DNA of 64,000 nt from an uncultured Terrimonas sp. (GCA_964604365.1 CAZRYS010000028.1:3032-67031); one strand, 5' to 3'; positions 32,301 to 41,743 are shown, numbered from the stretch's first letter. Numbers and translations: made by a program. The notes: generated from the sequence alone by a model not told the origin.

Positions 32301-33089
32301 CGCAAAATATTATATCCTTTTATACTTAGGCGTACTAAAGAACAGGTAGCAAAAGATCTTCCGGAGAAAACAGAAACAATTTTGTTCTGCGAAATGCAAA
32401 GCGAACAGCGAGAGATTTATGATGCTTTCCGAAATGAGTTCCGAAATAAGATATTGGGTGTAATCAATGAACAGGGGATCGCCAAGTCGCAATTAACCAT
32501 CTTACAAGGATTGATGAAGTTGCGCCAGATTTGTGATTCTCCTGCCATTATGAATGAACAGGAACAGTATCCTAACCATTCAATTAAACTGGAAGAAATA
32601 GGCAGAGAGATTACAGAAAATATTGGGAATCACAAGGCCCTGATCTTTTCACAATTCCTGGGCATGCTGGCCTTGATTAAGGAAAAGCTTAAAGAACTGG
32701 AAGTTCCTTTTGAATACTTTGATGGAAGCACCTCGGCTATTGACCGGGAAAAAGCTATTACCCGATTTCAAAATGATGATACCTGCCGGGTTTTCCTTAT
32801 TTCCCTGAAAGCGGGTGGAGTGGGCTTAAACCTGACGGCAGCAGATTATGTATACATTGTTGATCCGTGGTGGAACCCTGCCGTGGAACAACAGGCTATT
32901 GACCGGACGCATCGTATAGGGCAAACAAAGAACATATTTGCCTACCGGATGATCTGTAAGGATACGATTGAAGACAAGATTTTGCAATTGCAGGAAAGAA
33001 AACGAAGCCTGGCGAAAGACCTGATTGCTGACGATTCCACTTTCGTGAAAAGCCTCTCACGGGAAGATGTGGAATACCTATTCAGCTAG
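29331..33089 (+). CDS. SWIM zinc-finger SNF2-family helicase
   Basis: CTCPYNLGDICRH and CTCTDEEHPLCIH; LADDMGLGKT, DESQ, ISLKAGGVGLNL, QAIDRTHRIGQ. Confidence 0.95.
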   Translation: MALPHLVKFVYNNGTDEVIRRGKKIHSIGYVELIEHDDLLGSVTFRVKDDSYATYYKVYIQKYKDPKGLSVRCTCPYNLGDICRHETAALLQLQDLLDKNIIGEKDIKYDQKHTVIKMKDIDLRSIKLLSSPDTYEEADKILRAQKANILSAANERVEATLKVGDQTYSVVIQKNEERNFDTSCTCTDEEHPLCIHKSTLFIQLLNAYGPYYFDSIRNWDKQKNKLLEAYGYSLEDDLKGKFEFTYKDGKPFLRVLDTSIKRIAPIAAPVKPEPAVEVKEVEQKVEPVNETATIDVRIGVVFANSSKTYPYLSADVVAGDANGSGEGFHGKVEKLDLSRYVDSDKYSETDKILIQQVRKLQEGEVNKYLSRNSPFSGIWENIIHTDDELPAETKSLIVEYWYPKLVKLFNENKENPLIYYLPQKKNFVTANLLQVQLSPEPVTPVFSIDDTGDAVSIACNVQVNGIEVGLGENEIDSSLLFKYADTLYNWERQEDIEEVEQFAAKGNMVIDKKDWPEYLKKKVIPLTKEYKVKFGNALVQEVKDGDPEIKLQLQEKGEYLVFIPIFNYKGFETKLNTKDIITIPLEEKVLEIHRNKEAELRFVQKLESLHSNFIYLDGSATLALKGADVLKNNWFFLFIDSMKEMNVPVLGFDILKNFRFNTAKPATEVHISSGVDWFDAKVKVVFGEQHVTIEEIKRALANKQQFVQLNDGTLGILPETWLKRYSLLFRVGEEKSNSLRLSKYHLSVIDELHNEKDETEILIELEEKYSRLRDFNRIKEIDPPEQLASILRPYQVAGYHWLNYLREVGWGGILADDMGLGKTIQTLSFLQYHKDNFDTLKAIVVCPTTLMFNWENEIKKFTPGLTYHIHHGGERARDAQTLAPFNVIITTYGTLRSDIKQLTEVAFDYVILDESQAIKNPQSKVTKAAGLLNAKNRICLSGTPLQNNTFDIYAQMNFLNPGMLGSVEHFRNEFATPIDKFGEQDRKDHLRKILYPFILRRTKEQVAKDLPEKTETILFCEMQSEQREIYDAFRNEFRNKILGVINEQGIAKSQLTILQGLMKLRQICDSPAIMNEQEQYPNHSIKLEEIGREITENIGNHKALIFSQFLGMLALIKEKLKELEVPFEYFDGSTSAIDREKAITRFQNDDTCRVFLISLKAGGVGLNLTAADYVYIVDPWWNPAVEQQAIDRTHRIGQTKNIFAYRMICKDTIEDKILQLQERKRSLAKDLIADDSTFVKSLSREDVEYLFS

Positions 33090-33091
33090 AA

Positions 33092-34060
33092 CTACTCAAG
33101 CGCTAACATTCGCACACTGTCGGAATCTACTTTCACAGAGACCCTGCCTGCTTCCACCTCAATGCGAAGTTTGAGGATGGCAGTTCGCCGTGGCGCCACT
33201 TGTGCGTCTGAATAATGGGTATGAAATACATAGTGATGCTGTCCCCTTGCATCTTTGAACAGGTCTCCGTGTCCGGAACCGTTGTGTCCGGTATTAGCCT
33301 TGCTGATGATAGGGTTCTGGTCTGATTTTTTCCAGGGACCAAGCGGATGATCTGCTACGGCATACCCTACTGCATAGTCGGGGTTTCTAAAATCGTTGGC
33401 AGAATAAAAAAGAAGATATTTTTGATAAACTTTTATAACGGTAGGACCTTCCGCTACAGGCCAATCAGCAGATTTCGTATTCTCCCAGCCAAATTCAGCA
33501 GACAGGCATTCCCGTAATGTGGGCTCTTCAATACCAGACAGGTCGGGTTTCATCTCAGCTACAAATATGCGATTCCCGTTTTGCAACCTTACGTGATAGA
33601 AGTAGAGCTTTCCGTCATCATCTCTGAAAACAAAAGGATCTATTTGTTTGCGTGTTGCAGGCAAGGCTTGTTGCATCTTCTGGGAGAATGATTTGTCTGG
33701 CTTGGTTCCACCTGCAATAGCAATCTGTTCATTGGCAGTATAGGCTATATACGGTTTTGTTCCGAGCATAAATAATTGTGGGGCCCAAAAGCCTTTAGTG
33801 CCGTATACTTTGCCCTTTTCCAAAATTCTGTTTCCATTGTTCCCAATGCGCCAATGCTGCAAATCTTTCGATACCAGTACATAGAAGCCGGAGTCGGAGT
33901 TTACCCCATTGGTTCCATACAGGTAATACTTTCCCTTATAGGGAAAAATGGTCGGGTCGGCAACGAAAATGCTTTTATCCTGCGCATTTGTTGTTCCCCA
34001 CCCGACCACCATCGCCAGTAGTATGCACTTTGTAGCATTGTTAAGAAAAAGCTTTGCCAA
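33092..34060 (-). CDS. Glycoside hydrolase family 43
   Basis: ADPT, FWAPQ, IDP, AEGP motifs; TTG start and signal peptide ending TNAQ. Confidence 0.9.
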   Translation of the reverse strand: MAKLFLNNATKCILLAMVVGWGTTNAQDKSIFVADPTIFPYKGKYYLYGTNGVNSDSGFYVLVSKDLQHWRIGNNGNRILEKGKVYGTKGFWAPQLFMLGTKPYIAYTANEQIAIAGGTKPDKSFSQKMQQALPATRKQIDPFVFRDDDGKLYFYHVRLQNGNRIFVAEMKPDLSGIEEPTLRECLSAEFGWENTKSADWPVAEGPTVIKVYQKYLLFYSANDFRNPDYAVGYAVADHPLGPWKKSDQNPIISKANTGHNGSGHGDLFKDARGQHHYVFHTHYSDAQVAPRRTAILKLRIEVEAGRVSVKVDSDSVRMLALE

Positions 34061-34071
34061 CGGCCGTTGAT

Positions 34072-35232
34072 TTATCTCTCAGTAAGCTTTTTGATGAAAT
34101 CCACTTCCTCCTGCTTGTAAGGTTTGCCATCTTTATGGAAAATATCATGAAACCATATAGGCGGTTCGCCGGTATATGTCTTTTTCCAGCTATCCCAGGG
34201 GTATTTCGTTTGCGATTTGCCATCAACCAAGCCCCAATTGTATGCAGCTACATTGTATTTTTTTGCAATTGGAAGTGATCCTTCGAACGTGCTGTTGTTA
34301 CCCCTTGCCATATATTCAGTACAGAAAATAGGACGTCCGTAACGTTGCAGTTCTTTTATCTCCTTTTCAAATGATTCGGCCGTTGAGTAGTTATGGAAAG
34401 AAATTACATCGGATTCGGTTACCATTAAGGTTTCTATTGATTTGAGCTTCTCCGGCGCTGTCCAATCGCCAGACCACAATCCGGCTGTGAGTGGTTGTAC
34501 GGGTCCTACTGAGCGTGCCCAAGCATAACACTGTTTAAGCAAAGCCTCTACCAATGCTGGTTTATTGGCTGGTTCTTGAGTATGATATTCGTTACCGTTC
34601 ATGTTCTCCGGTTCGTTCCACAAATCCCAACCAATAATCCGTTCGTCTTTTGCAAACTTTCCCACAACCGCTTTCACATATTCCTCTAACCGGGGATACT
34701 GTGTGCTGTCCAGCAATACCTCCTTGCCGGGATTTTGTACCCACCCGGAGTTGTGCACACCTGGTTTTGGCTCACGTTGTTTGCCTGGTTTTGGAAATGG
34801 ATCCCATACGGAATCAAATAGTACGAACAGCGGCTTAATATTGTGTCGGGCCGCAATCTTCAAAAAGGTTTCTATCCTGCTTAAAAATCCTTCAGCATCA
34901 TTTTGATAAACCATGTCGTGCAGATATACCCGCACAGTATTCATACCAATAGAAGCGGCCCAGCCTAACTCCCGGTTAATAGTAGCGGTATCAAAAGATT
35001 CTGCCTGCCACATCTCTAATTGGTTGATAGCAGTACTAGGCAAAAAATTAGCCCCTACCAGCCAAGACTGTTTCTGATACCAGTCATTTGCCTCCTCCGG
35101 TGTCCATTGCGCTCTGGATGCCGCAACGATAGTTTCCGGCTCTACATCATCCTTCGATTTTTGTTCTCCGCCGCCACAACTCAATAAGATAGTTGATACG
35201 GCCAGTCCGAATAATAATTTCGTTTTCTTCAT
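34072..35232 (-). CDS. Clan GH-A glycosidase lipoprotein (GH5-like, resembles subfamily 13)
   Basis: Lipobox LLSC; GANFLPSTAINQLEMWQ, WDLWNEP (acid/base), CTEYMAR (nucleophile). Confidence 0.82.
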   Translation of the reverse strand: MKKTKLLFGLAVSTILLSCGGGEQKSKDDVEPETIVAASRAQWTPEEANDWYQKQSWLVGANFLPSTAINQLEMWQAESFDTATINRELGWAASIGMNTVRVYLHDMVYQNDAEGFLSRIETFLKIAARHNIKPLFVLFDSVWDPFPKPGKQREPKPGVHNSGWVQNPGKEVLLDSTQYPRLEEYVKAVVGKFAKDERIIGWDLWNEPENMNGNEYHTQEPANKPALVEALLKQCYAWARSVGPVQPLTAGLWSGDWTAPEKLKSIETLMVTESDVISFHNYSTAESFEKEIKELQRYGRPIFCTEYMARGNNSTFEGSLPIAKKYNVAAYNWGLVDGKSQTKYPWDSWKKTYTGEPPIWFHDIFHKDGKPYKQEEVDFIKKLTER

Positions 35233-35250
35233 AACAAACTTTTATGGTTA

Positions 35251-35522
35251 TTAAATCAAAAAAACTTCTCTGGCAGGGTTGAATACATTTACGAGCATAC
35301 CGGCTTGCAGATCTATCACGCCGCGTACTATATTGGATAAGACAAAATAGGCATCCCTTTCCACAATATCATTTTACTGGACACCCCATCATAAGCTCCA
35401 ATGCCCCTTTAGCTGATGATAACGTACCAATTGCGCCTGATTCAAATTTCGCTTTCATCAACATCTGTCCATAACACTGCATCCTCCGGTACCAACATCT
35501 GATTATACCATTGACTTTTCAT
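35251..35522 (-). pseudogene. Degraded KdgF-like cupin gene
   Basis: Segments in three frames: MKSQWYNQMLVPEDAVLWTDV / MLMKAKFESGAIGTL / DAYFVLSNIVRGVIDLQAGMLVNVFNPAREVFLI*, with frameshifts and stops. Confidence 0.7.
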
Positions 35523-35534
35523 TTTTGTTTACAC

Positions 35535-36698
35535 TTATACCATCTTTCGGGTGCCATCTTCTGGCTGCACGATATAGGCGTCCAATGGAAGCTGATTGTA
35601 ATGTGTGTAGAGATGTTTTACATTTTCAATCAACGTATCTACCGCATCTTCTCGTACGAGGTTAATAGTGCAACCACCGAAGCCGCCCCCCATCATTCTC
35701 GCTCCTAAAACTGCGTCTTCTTTTTTCACAAATTCCACCAGCCAATCAAGTTCTTTGCAACTTACCTCATAGTCCTTACTCAATCCTTCATGGGAGGCAT
35801 ACAACATTTTACCTAACCCTTCCAGATTTCCTTTTTCCAGGTATTCGCAAACCCTCTGTAACCGTTCATTTTCCTCAATCACATACCGACACCGCTGGTA
35901 CACCAACGGGTCTTTCTCCTTCACCCATTCATCCAGTTGTGCTAGGGTTACGTCCCGTAAAGACAGGACGCCTGGCACATGCTCCGCAACCAACGCAACG
36001 CCTTGTTCGCACTGTAATCTTCTGGTGTTGTATTCTGTACTTGCCAGAGAGTGTTTCACATTGCTGTTCAACAGCACCAGTTTATAGCCATCCAGTTTTA
36101 ACGGTACGTAGGCGTAGTCCAGGCTTCTACAATCCAGCCGCACAGCATAGCCCGCTTTGCCAAATGCAGAAGCAAACTGATCCATGATGCCACATTTTAC
36201 GCCGGCAAACTCATGCTCGGCTAATTGGGCTAACTGCACCATTTTCATCAACGGGATATTTAACTGAAATAAATCATTTAATGCAAATATCACACAACAC
36301 TCTACCGCCGCCGAAGACGATATGCCAGCACCTATGATTACATCACCATCCAGTACCAGGTTGAAACCATTAATCTGATACCCGTTTCTGTTCAACTGAT
36401 CAACTACTCCCAAAACATAATCTGTCCAGCTATTCCTTCTATGCAAGGAATGCAACCCGGTGGAAAAGTGTTCAAGAAAGCTCACAGAATATAAATGGAT
36501 TTCACCATCAGACCGAGGTGTTACTGCTGCATATGCTGCTTTATCAATAGCAGCGGGCAGCACAAATCCATTGTTGTAATCTGTATGTTCTCCGATAATA
36601 TTAATTCTTCCCGGCGAGCGATAAATGTTTGGCTCCGCGTTGAAAATTGAAATAAACTCCTGCTTGATTCCCTCTATATTGAATTGTCCGGTTTTCAT
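35535..36698 (-). CDS. galK: Galactokinase
   Basis: SPGRINIIGEHTDYN, GAGISSSAA, CGIMDQ, GARMMGGGFGGC. Confidence 0.97.
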   Translation of the reverse strand: MKTGQFNIEGIKQEFISIFNAEPNIYRSPGRINIIGEHTDYNNGFVLPAAIDKAAYAAVTPRSDGEIHLYSVSFLEHFSTGLHSLHRRNSWTDYVLGVVDQLNRNGYQINGFNLVLDGDVIIGAGISSSAAVECCVIFALNDLFQLNIPLMKMVQLAQLAEHEFAGVKCGIMDQFASAFGKAGYAVRLDCRSLDYAYVPLKLDGYKLVLLNSNVKHSLASTEYNTRRLQCEQGVALVAEHVPGVLSLRDVTLAQLDEWVKEKDPLVYQRCRYVIEENERLQRVCEYLEKGNLEGLGKMLYASHEGLSKDYEVSCKELDWLVEFVKKEDAVLGARMMGGGFGGCTINLVREDAVDTLIENVKHLYTHYNQLPLDAYIVQPEDGTRKMV

Positions 36699-36715
36699 TC
36701 TTTTCTTCTGTTTGG

Positions 36716-37726
36716 CTATTTATTTTTTAATGATGATTGCCTTACAATCAACTGTGGCGCTAACGTCACCTTCTGTATGGGGGGCGGGGCTACGCTGCCG
36801 GAGTCAAAAAACAGGCGGGCAGATTCCTCTCCCATGTTGACGGTTTGTTGATTGATTGTAGACAATGAAGGTGTAAGGTACTCGCCAAATGCCTCATTGC
36901 AAAAACCAACTATTGCTATTTCCTGAGGAATATTGAGCCCCCTATTTTTGATAGCCTCTATGGCTCCCAGCGCAGTAAAATCTTCCACCGCAAAAACCCC
37001 GTCCGGCTGAAAAGCCAGTAATTTTTCCATACAGGCTTTTCCTGAAGCAACACTCACGTTTCCGTAGGCAATAAGGTCCTCATCAACGGGAATATTGTAA
37101 ACATTCAGGGCGTTAATATAACCCTTTAACCGTTGGTTGAAATTTGTTACATGTTGTTGCCCGCCTATATGCGCTATCCTTCTACATCCTCCGTGTATGA
37201 GGTGCTGTGTAGCTAAAAACCCACCACGATAGTCGTCCACAACCACTGATGGCACTTTAAGGGCATCGTTGGTACGATCAAACAAGATCAAAGGCACATT
37301 TCTTTCTTTAAGTAATGCATAATGATCCAGGTTAATCGTTTCTTTTGATATGGATGCCAGTACACCATCCACCCGCGAACGAATGAATGTTTCAATGCCC
37401 CGCTTTTCAAAATCGTACATTTCATTCGATTGGTATATCAGCACATTATACCCTTTTTCGCTCATCACTTTTTCTATGCCATGTACAACTGATCCAAAAA
37501 AGTTGATCTCTGCACTGGGGATCATTACGCCGATAATTTTTGTATTTCCGGTTCTTAAGGAAGTGGCAACTTTATTGGGACGGTAATGCACTTTTTTGGC
37601 CATCTGCAATACTGCCTTTCTCGTTTCATCCTTAACCGACGGATGCCCGTTTAGTGCTCTAGACACTGTCCCAACACCCAGGCTTAAAGCTTTGGCAATA
37701 TCTGTAACTGTGACATGCTGTGGCAT
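36716..37726 (-). CDS. LacI-family transcriptional regulator
   Basis: VTVTDIAKALSLGVGTVSRALN HTH, YRPNKVATSL, sugar-binding domain. Confidence 0.95.
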   Translation of the reverse strand: MPQHVTVTDIAKALSLGVGTVSRALNGHPSVKDETRKAVLQMAKKVHYRPNKVATSLRTGNTKIIGVMIPSAEINFFGSVVHGIEKVMSEKGYNVLIYQSNEMYDFEKRGIETFIRSRVDGVLASISKETINLDHYALLKERNVPLILFDRTNDALKVPSVVVDDYRGGFLATQHLIHGGCRRIAHIGGQQHVTNFNQRLKGYINALNVYNIPVDEDLIAYGNVSVASGKACMEKLLAFQPDGVFAVEDFTALGAIEAIKNRGLNIPQEIAIVGFCNEAFGEYLTPSLSTINQQTVNMGEESARLFFDSGSVAPPPIQKVTLAPQLIVRQSSLKNK

Positions 37727-37741
37727 CTGAGTTTCCAAACT

Positions 37742-37897
37742 TTATTTGACCACAGGAAAAGCTACAACGCTCAGCTTAGTACAACCCAGTGGCATTTCAA
37801 TATATTTTTCAGGAACGACTCCGGTAATTTTTTGCGCTTGTGTTGTAGTAGCGAGAGACACCAATAAAATACAAAAACTTCTTTTCAACAAAGACAT
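37742..37897 (-). pseudogene. 51-codon ORF, probable internal-deletion remnant of a GH127-like (DUF1680) glycosidase
   Basis: MSLLKRSFCILLVSLATTTQAQKITGVVPEKYIEMPLG-CTKLSVVAFPVVK*: signal peptide, then YIEMPLG (N-terminal-like), then GCTKLSVVAFPVVK (C-terminal-like). Confidence 0.62.
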
Positions 37898-37929
37898 ACA
37901 ATTTTTGCGTTTATACTTGTGTGTTTATT

Positions 37930-38958
37930 TTATTCGGAGGGTATTTTCAGTTCTACGCCCGGTTTTGCCGGATTACCGAAAAAAGGCTCTCCATTTTTCC
38001 AGGTAAACTTTTGCGCTCTGGGAGATCGCTTGCCGCCGCACCCCTGTCCGGGAGCGCTGTTGGCATGATATAGCAGCCAGTCTTCCTTTCCATCCGGCGA
38101 TTTAAAAAACGAATTATGTCCAGGAGCATACACACCATTTTCGGCGGAAGTAGTAAAAATGGGTGTTGATTTTTTCTTCCATACGGTACTGTCTAATAAA
38201 TTATCTTTTCCGGTAAATGTAAGCAAGCCCAAAGCATAGTTGTCTGTCCAGCAGCCGCTGGCAGAGAATACTATGAATATTTTTTTGTTGTGACTTAAAA
38301 ATTGTGGTCCTTCATTTACATTCACCTGTGGCGGATTCTTTGGGTCGTTTAACTTTCCATGTATTTCCCAATCGTAGGTAGGTTTCGAAATGCAAACTCG
38401 GTTACCTTCAATGCTCCACGGGTTTTTCATTCGGGCAATGTAAATGTTTTGCTGACCATTCACATCTCCTTCCCAACCGCTCCAGATCATATACAATTGC
38501 TTTTTATATTCGAATACATTGCCATCGATAGCCCATTTATCTGAGGGATCGGCAATTTTTCCCTTCCAGGTCCATTCGCCCTGCATGGGATCAGCATTGC
38601 CATTTTCTAATACATACATGCGATGATTTTCATTCACGCCGTCATCAGCTGCATAATATATATACCATTTGTTGTTGATAAAATGAACTTCCGGTGCCCA
38701 TAAGGATTTAGACCACATGGTGCCGGTAGGTGGTGTATAAATGATTTTGTGTTCGGCATGTTCCAGATCGGCAATAGATTTAGTTTTCCATAAGCCGATC
38801 CTATTGCCCAAAGTATGAGTATAATAGTAATAGCCATCTTTATAGAAAGAGAAGGGATCTGCACCGGCTGGTAAAAGAGGATTGGTAAATGTGCCGGCAC
38901 TTTGAGAATGACCTGACTGAATCAAGAATATTAGAAAACAAGAAATTAATACTCTCAT
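37930..38958 (-). CDS. Glycoside hydrolase family 43 (arabinofuranosidase-like)
   Basis: ATG 38958 MRVLISCFLIFLIQSGHSQ; GADP, LWAPE, WAIDG, NEGPQ. Confidence 0.92.
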   Translation of the reverse strand: MRVLISCFLIFLIQSGHSQSAGTFTNPLLPAGADPFSFYKDGYYYYTHTLGNRIGLWKTKSIADLEHAEHKIIYTPPTGTMWSKSLWAPEVHFINNKWYIYYAADDGVNENHRMYVLENGNADPMQGEWTWKGKIADPSDKWAIDGNVFEYKKQLYMIWSGWEGDVNGQQNIYIARMKNPWSIEGNRVCISKPTYDWEIHGKLNDPKNPPQVNVNEGPQFLSHNKKIFIVFSASGCWTDNYALGLLTFTGKDNLLDSTVWKKKSTPIFTTSAENGVYAPGHNSFFKSPDGKEDWLLYHANSAPGQGCGGKRSPRAQKFTWKNGEPFFGNPAKPGVELKIPSE

Positions 38959-39021
38959 GTTTAACTTTTTAAATTTACACTTTTCCGAATTGCACGACTG
39001 GTGAAGATACTCCGGCACGCA

Positions 39022-39045
39022 GTGGGCGGTGTCTCCACCGCCCAC
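39022..39045. repeat. Perfect 10-bp-stem GC-rich palindrome (REP-like)
   Basis: gtgggcggtg-tctc-caccgcccac between GH2 and GH43. Confidence 0.6.
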
Positions 39046-39089
39046 AACAAGTTGATCCGAAAAATTAGGAGTTACCTCAAACCAACCAA

Positions 39090-40961
39090 CTACTTCATCT
39101 TTACAAAAGAAGGGTCGTACAGTTGCCTATGTACCTGTTGCGTTTTTTGCAATGGAAATTTTAACACTTTTCTATCATATGTGAAAAATCCGTTGGTCTC
39201 AATTTCTACATCTGTAGTTTGTGTATACACGGCTGCTGAGAGTCCCAGCTTAATCATTTTCGGAATTCTGTCAATAAATTCAGCATACCGGGTAAACATC
39301 TCATCACTGTTTTTAAAACTCTGATAACCCCAGTTGTCTTTCTCCTGCCAGGTATGTCCTTCTACCGGCAAGCCTAATCCGCCAAACTCTCCCAATACCA
39401 ATATCTGACGTTCTCCATAAACTTCAGGATCTGGCATTTGAGGATCTGCGTAATGATGGATATCGAGAATGTGGCCGGTATTATGAAAAAAGTTTCCGCC
39501 GCTGGCTGCATTCACCAACCGGGAAGGATCTGCTTTCATCGTCCACTCCGTGATCTCTTTGGTTTTAAACTGCCCCCAGGCTTCGTTAAAGGGGACCCAG
39601 GAAACAATGGAAGGATAGTTATGGAAAGCGTCCATAATTGCTTTCCACTCTTTACGGTAAATGGCTTCAGACGCGGGAGTGCGATCTTTGTCCATTTGTC
39701 TGCCGCTAATTTGTCCGAGACGCATGTCCCAGGAGTTTCCGCCCATATCACCGCTTGGCATATCCTGCCAAACCAATATGCCCAATTTATCGCAGTGGTA
39801 ATACCAGCGGGCTGGCTCTACCTTCACGTGTTTGCGGATCATATTAAAGCCAAGCTTCTTTGTTTCCACAATATCAAATTTCAGGGCTTCATCAGTAGGG
39901 GCTGTATACAAACCGTCTGGCCACCAGCCCTGATCCAACGGCCCGTACTGGAATACAAATTCATTGTTCAGCAACATCCTTTGAATGCCATCTTTATCTT
40001 TCCCCATGGAAGATTTACGCATGGCAAAATAACTTTCTACCTCATCTACAACCTTTCCCTTACGTATAATGGCTATTTTCAGGTCGTACAAAAATGGAGA
40101 AGAAGGAGACCACAACTTAGCATTAGGAATAGCAAGACTGATAGCGGCATTTGCTCCTACAATTTGCTCTGCTACCTGTTGGGTGCCTTCTAATGCTGTC
40201 ACCTTTATTTGATCACCCGGTTGTAGACTTTGAACATTTACGCCCAAGTTCAAAGTGCCATTATCAATGTCCGGGGTTTGGCGAGTAGCTGCTATATACG
40301 TTTGTGGAACAGATTCCACCCATACCGTTTGCCAGATGCCGGTAACAGGCGTGTACCAAATCCCGTGTGGATTCTTAATTTGTTTACCCCTGGGCTGAGG
40401 TCCATCATCAGAAGGATCCCAAACACGAACAGCGATATCCTGTTTTGTTCCTTTTTTCAATAATTCGGTGATATCGAAGGAAAAAGGATCGTAACCGCCT
40501 TCGTGACTTCCTACCTTTTTACCATTCACAAATACATCCGCCGCCCAATCTACGGCTCCGAAATGAAGTAGTGTCCTTCCTTTTCGGTAAGTCAACGGAA
40601 CATCTATTGTTTTTTTGTACCATAACACATTGTCTTTTCCTACTACTTTGCCAACACCGGACAATGCAGATTCCACCGCAAAGGGTACCAATATATTTCC
40701 CTGAAAACTGGAAGGAAATTCTTCCACATCCTGCCTCGGCACTATACTGTATTCCCACAGTCCATTAAGGTTTATCCAATTGTTGCTGCGGGTGAGTTGG
40801 GGACGTGGATATTCCGGTAACGTGTTTGCCGGGTCAACCTTTTCTGCCCACTCCGATTGAATTTTACCATCAACAGGCTTCCACTGTGTCTGAGCAAAAC
40901 TGAACGAGCAGACAAGTGCTGCAATGATAAAACTGTAACAATACTTAGAAATCATAATCAA
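39090..40961 (-). CDS. Glycoside hydrolase family 2
   Basis: PEYPRPQL, LHFGAVDW, GPLDQGWWPDG, PFNEAWGQF, GEFGG. Confidence 0.93.
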   Translation of the reverse strand: MIMISKYCYSFIIAALVCSFSFAQTQWKPVDGKIQSEWAEKVDPANTLPEYPRPQLTRSNNWINLNGLWEYSIVPRQDVEEFPSSFQGNILVPFAVESALSGVGKVVGKDNVLWYKKTIDVPLTYRKGRTLLHFGAVDWAADVFVNGKKVGSHEGGYDPFSFDITELLKKGTKQDIAVRVWDPSDDGPQPRGKQIKNPHGIWYTPVTGIWQTVWVESVPQTYIAATRQTPDIDNGTLNLGVNVQSLQPGDQIKVTALEGTQQVAEQIVGANAAISLAIPNAKLWSPSSPFLYDLKIAIIRKGKVVDEVESYFAMRKSSMGKDKDGIQRMLLNNEFVFQYGPLDQGWWPDGLYTAPTDEALKFDIVETKKLGFNMIRKHVKVEPARWYYHCDKLGILVWQDMPSGDMGGNSWDMRLGQISGRQMDKDRTPASEAIYRKEWKAIMDAFHNYPSIVSWVPFNEAWGQFKTKEITEWTMKADPSRLVNAASGGNFFHNTGHILDIHHYADPQMPDPEVYGERQILVLGEFGGLGLPVEGHTWQEKDNWGYQSFKNSDEMFTRYAEFIDRIPKMIKLGLSAAVYTQTTDVEIETNGFFTYDRKVLKFPLQKTQQVHRQLYDPSFVKMK

Positions 40962-41017
40962 TGCTTCAGGTTTTATTTAAAATAATATATCACAATTTAA
41001 CGAATAGAGCCTGTTTA

Positions 41018-41725
41018 CTAAAGGTTTATCCGAATCACTTTTGAGAACATCATATCTTCCACTCCCACGATTTTAAGCCCTACTCGTGCAAACGCATAAT
41101 TTTGTGTAGGGGTAATTTCCGGCACTTCTGCAGTTAGCGATATAGTATTTAGATCGGTAATATCTGTACCGTTCAATTCAGCAGAAGTGATGTTGTAGTC
41201 GTTGGTTCCAGAAACAAATTGGGTTTTATTGATGTACAGGTTTACGCGCTCAACATCTTTTTCATCGGCGTCGGTTACAATTTTAGCTATCCCAAAGTTT
41301 GCGGATACATTTCTACCGGATGCAGTAATGGAGACACGATCAATCATGTAATAAGGTGTCACAGCTATATCGAAAATAGTATTACCCCTTACTTCGATAT
41401 CCAAGCTATCCGGGACTCCCGGTGCTATTTCTTTCCATTTAAAAGGCCCCTGTCCCGGCTGAATGGTAAACTTATAGGTCCCGTCAAAAAGCAGTGAAGA
41501 GTAAGTACCCTCCTGCGTAAATGCACCACTAATAGGCCCAACTTTCCCAAACCCGTATTGAAATAACTGATAAGGAACTCGATCGTATTCTACGTAAACA
41601 GTGTCCTTGTTGTACAAGAGAGCACCGGACAACATGGATGTGGGTGCTTCGTAATTGTCTTTTTTGCATGCGACCAAAGTGAAAACAAGCAAAGCAACAG
41701 GTATATATCGAATTATATTTTTCAT
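41018..41725 (-). CDS. DUF3823-like surface lipoprotein (PUL accessory)
   Basis: LVACKKDNYEAP lipobox; immediately downstream of susD. Confidence 0.85.
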   Translation of the reverse strand: MKNIIRYIPVALLVFTLVACKKDNYEAPTSMLSGALLYNKDTVYVEYDRVPYQLFQYGFGKVGPISGAFTQEGTYSSLLFDGTYKFTIQPGQGPFKWKEIAPGVPDSLDIEVRGNTIFDIAVTPYYMIDRVSITASGRNVSANFGIAKIVTDADEKDVERVNLYINKTQFVSGTNDYNITSAELNGTDITDLNTISLTAEVPEITPTQNYAFARVGLKIVGVEDMMFSKVIRINL

Positions 41726-41743
41726 AATATTATCATTTAACGT

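Noticed and set aside
38959-39045. N-terminal extension of the GH43 ORF
   Set aside because: It starts inside the palindrome; ATG 38958 gives a normal signal peptide.
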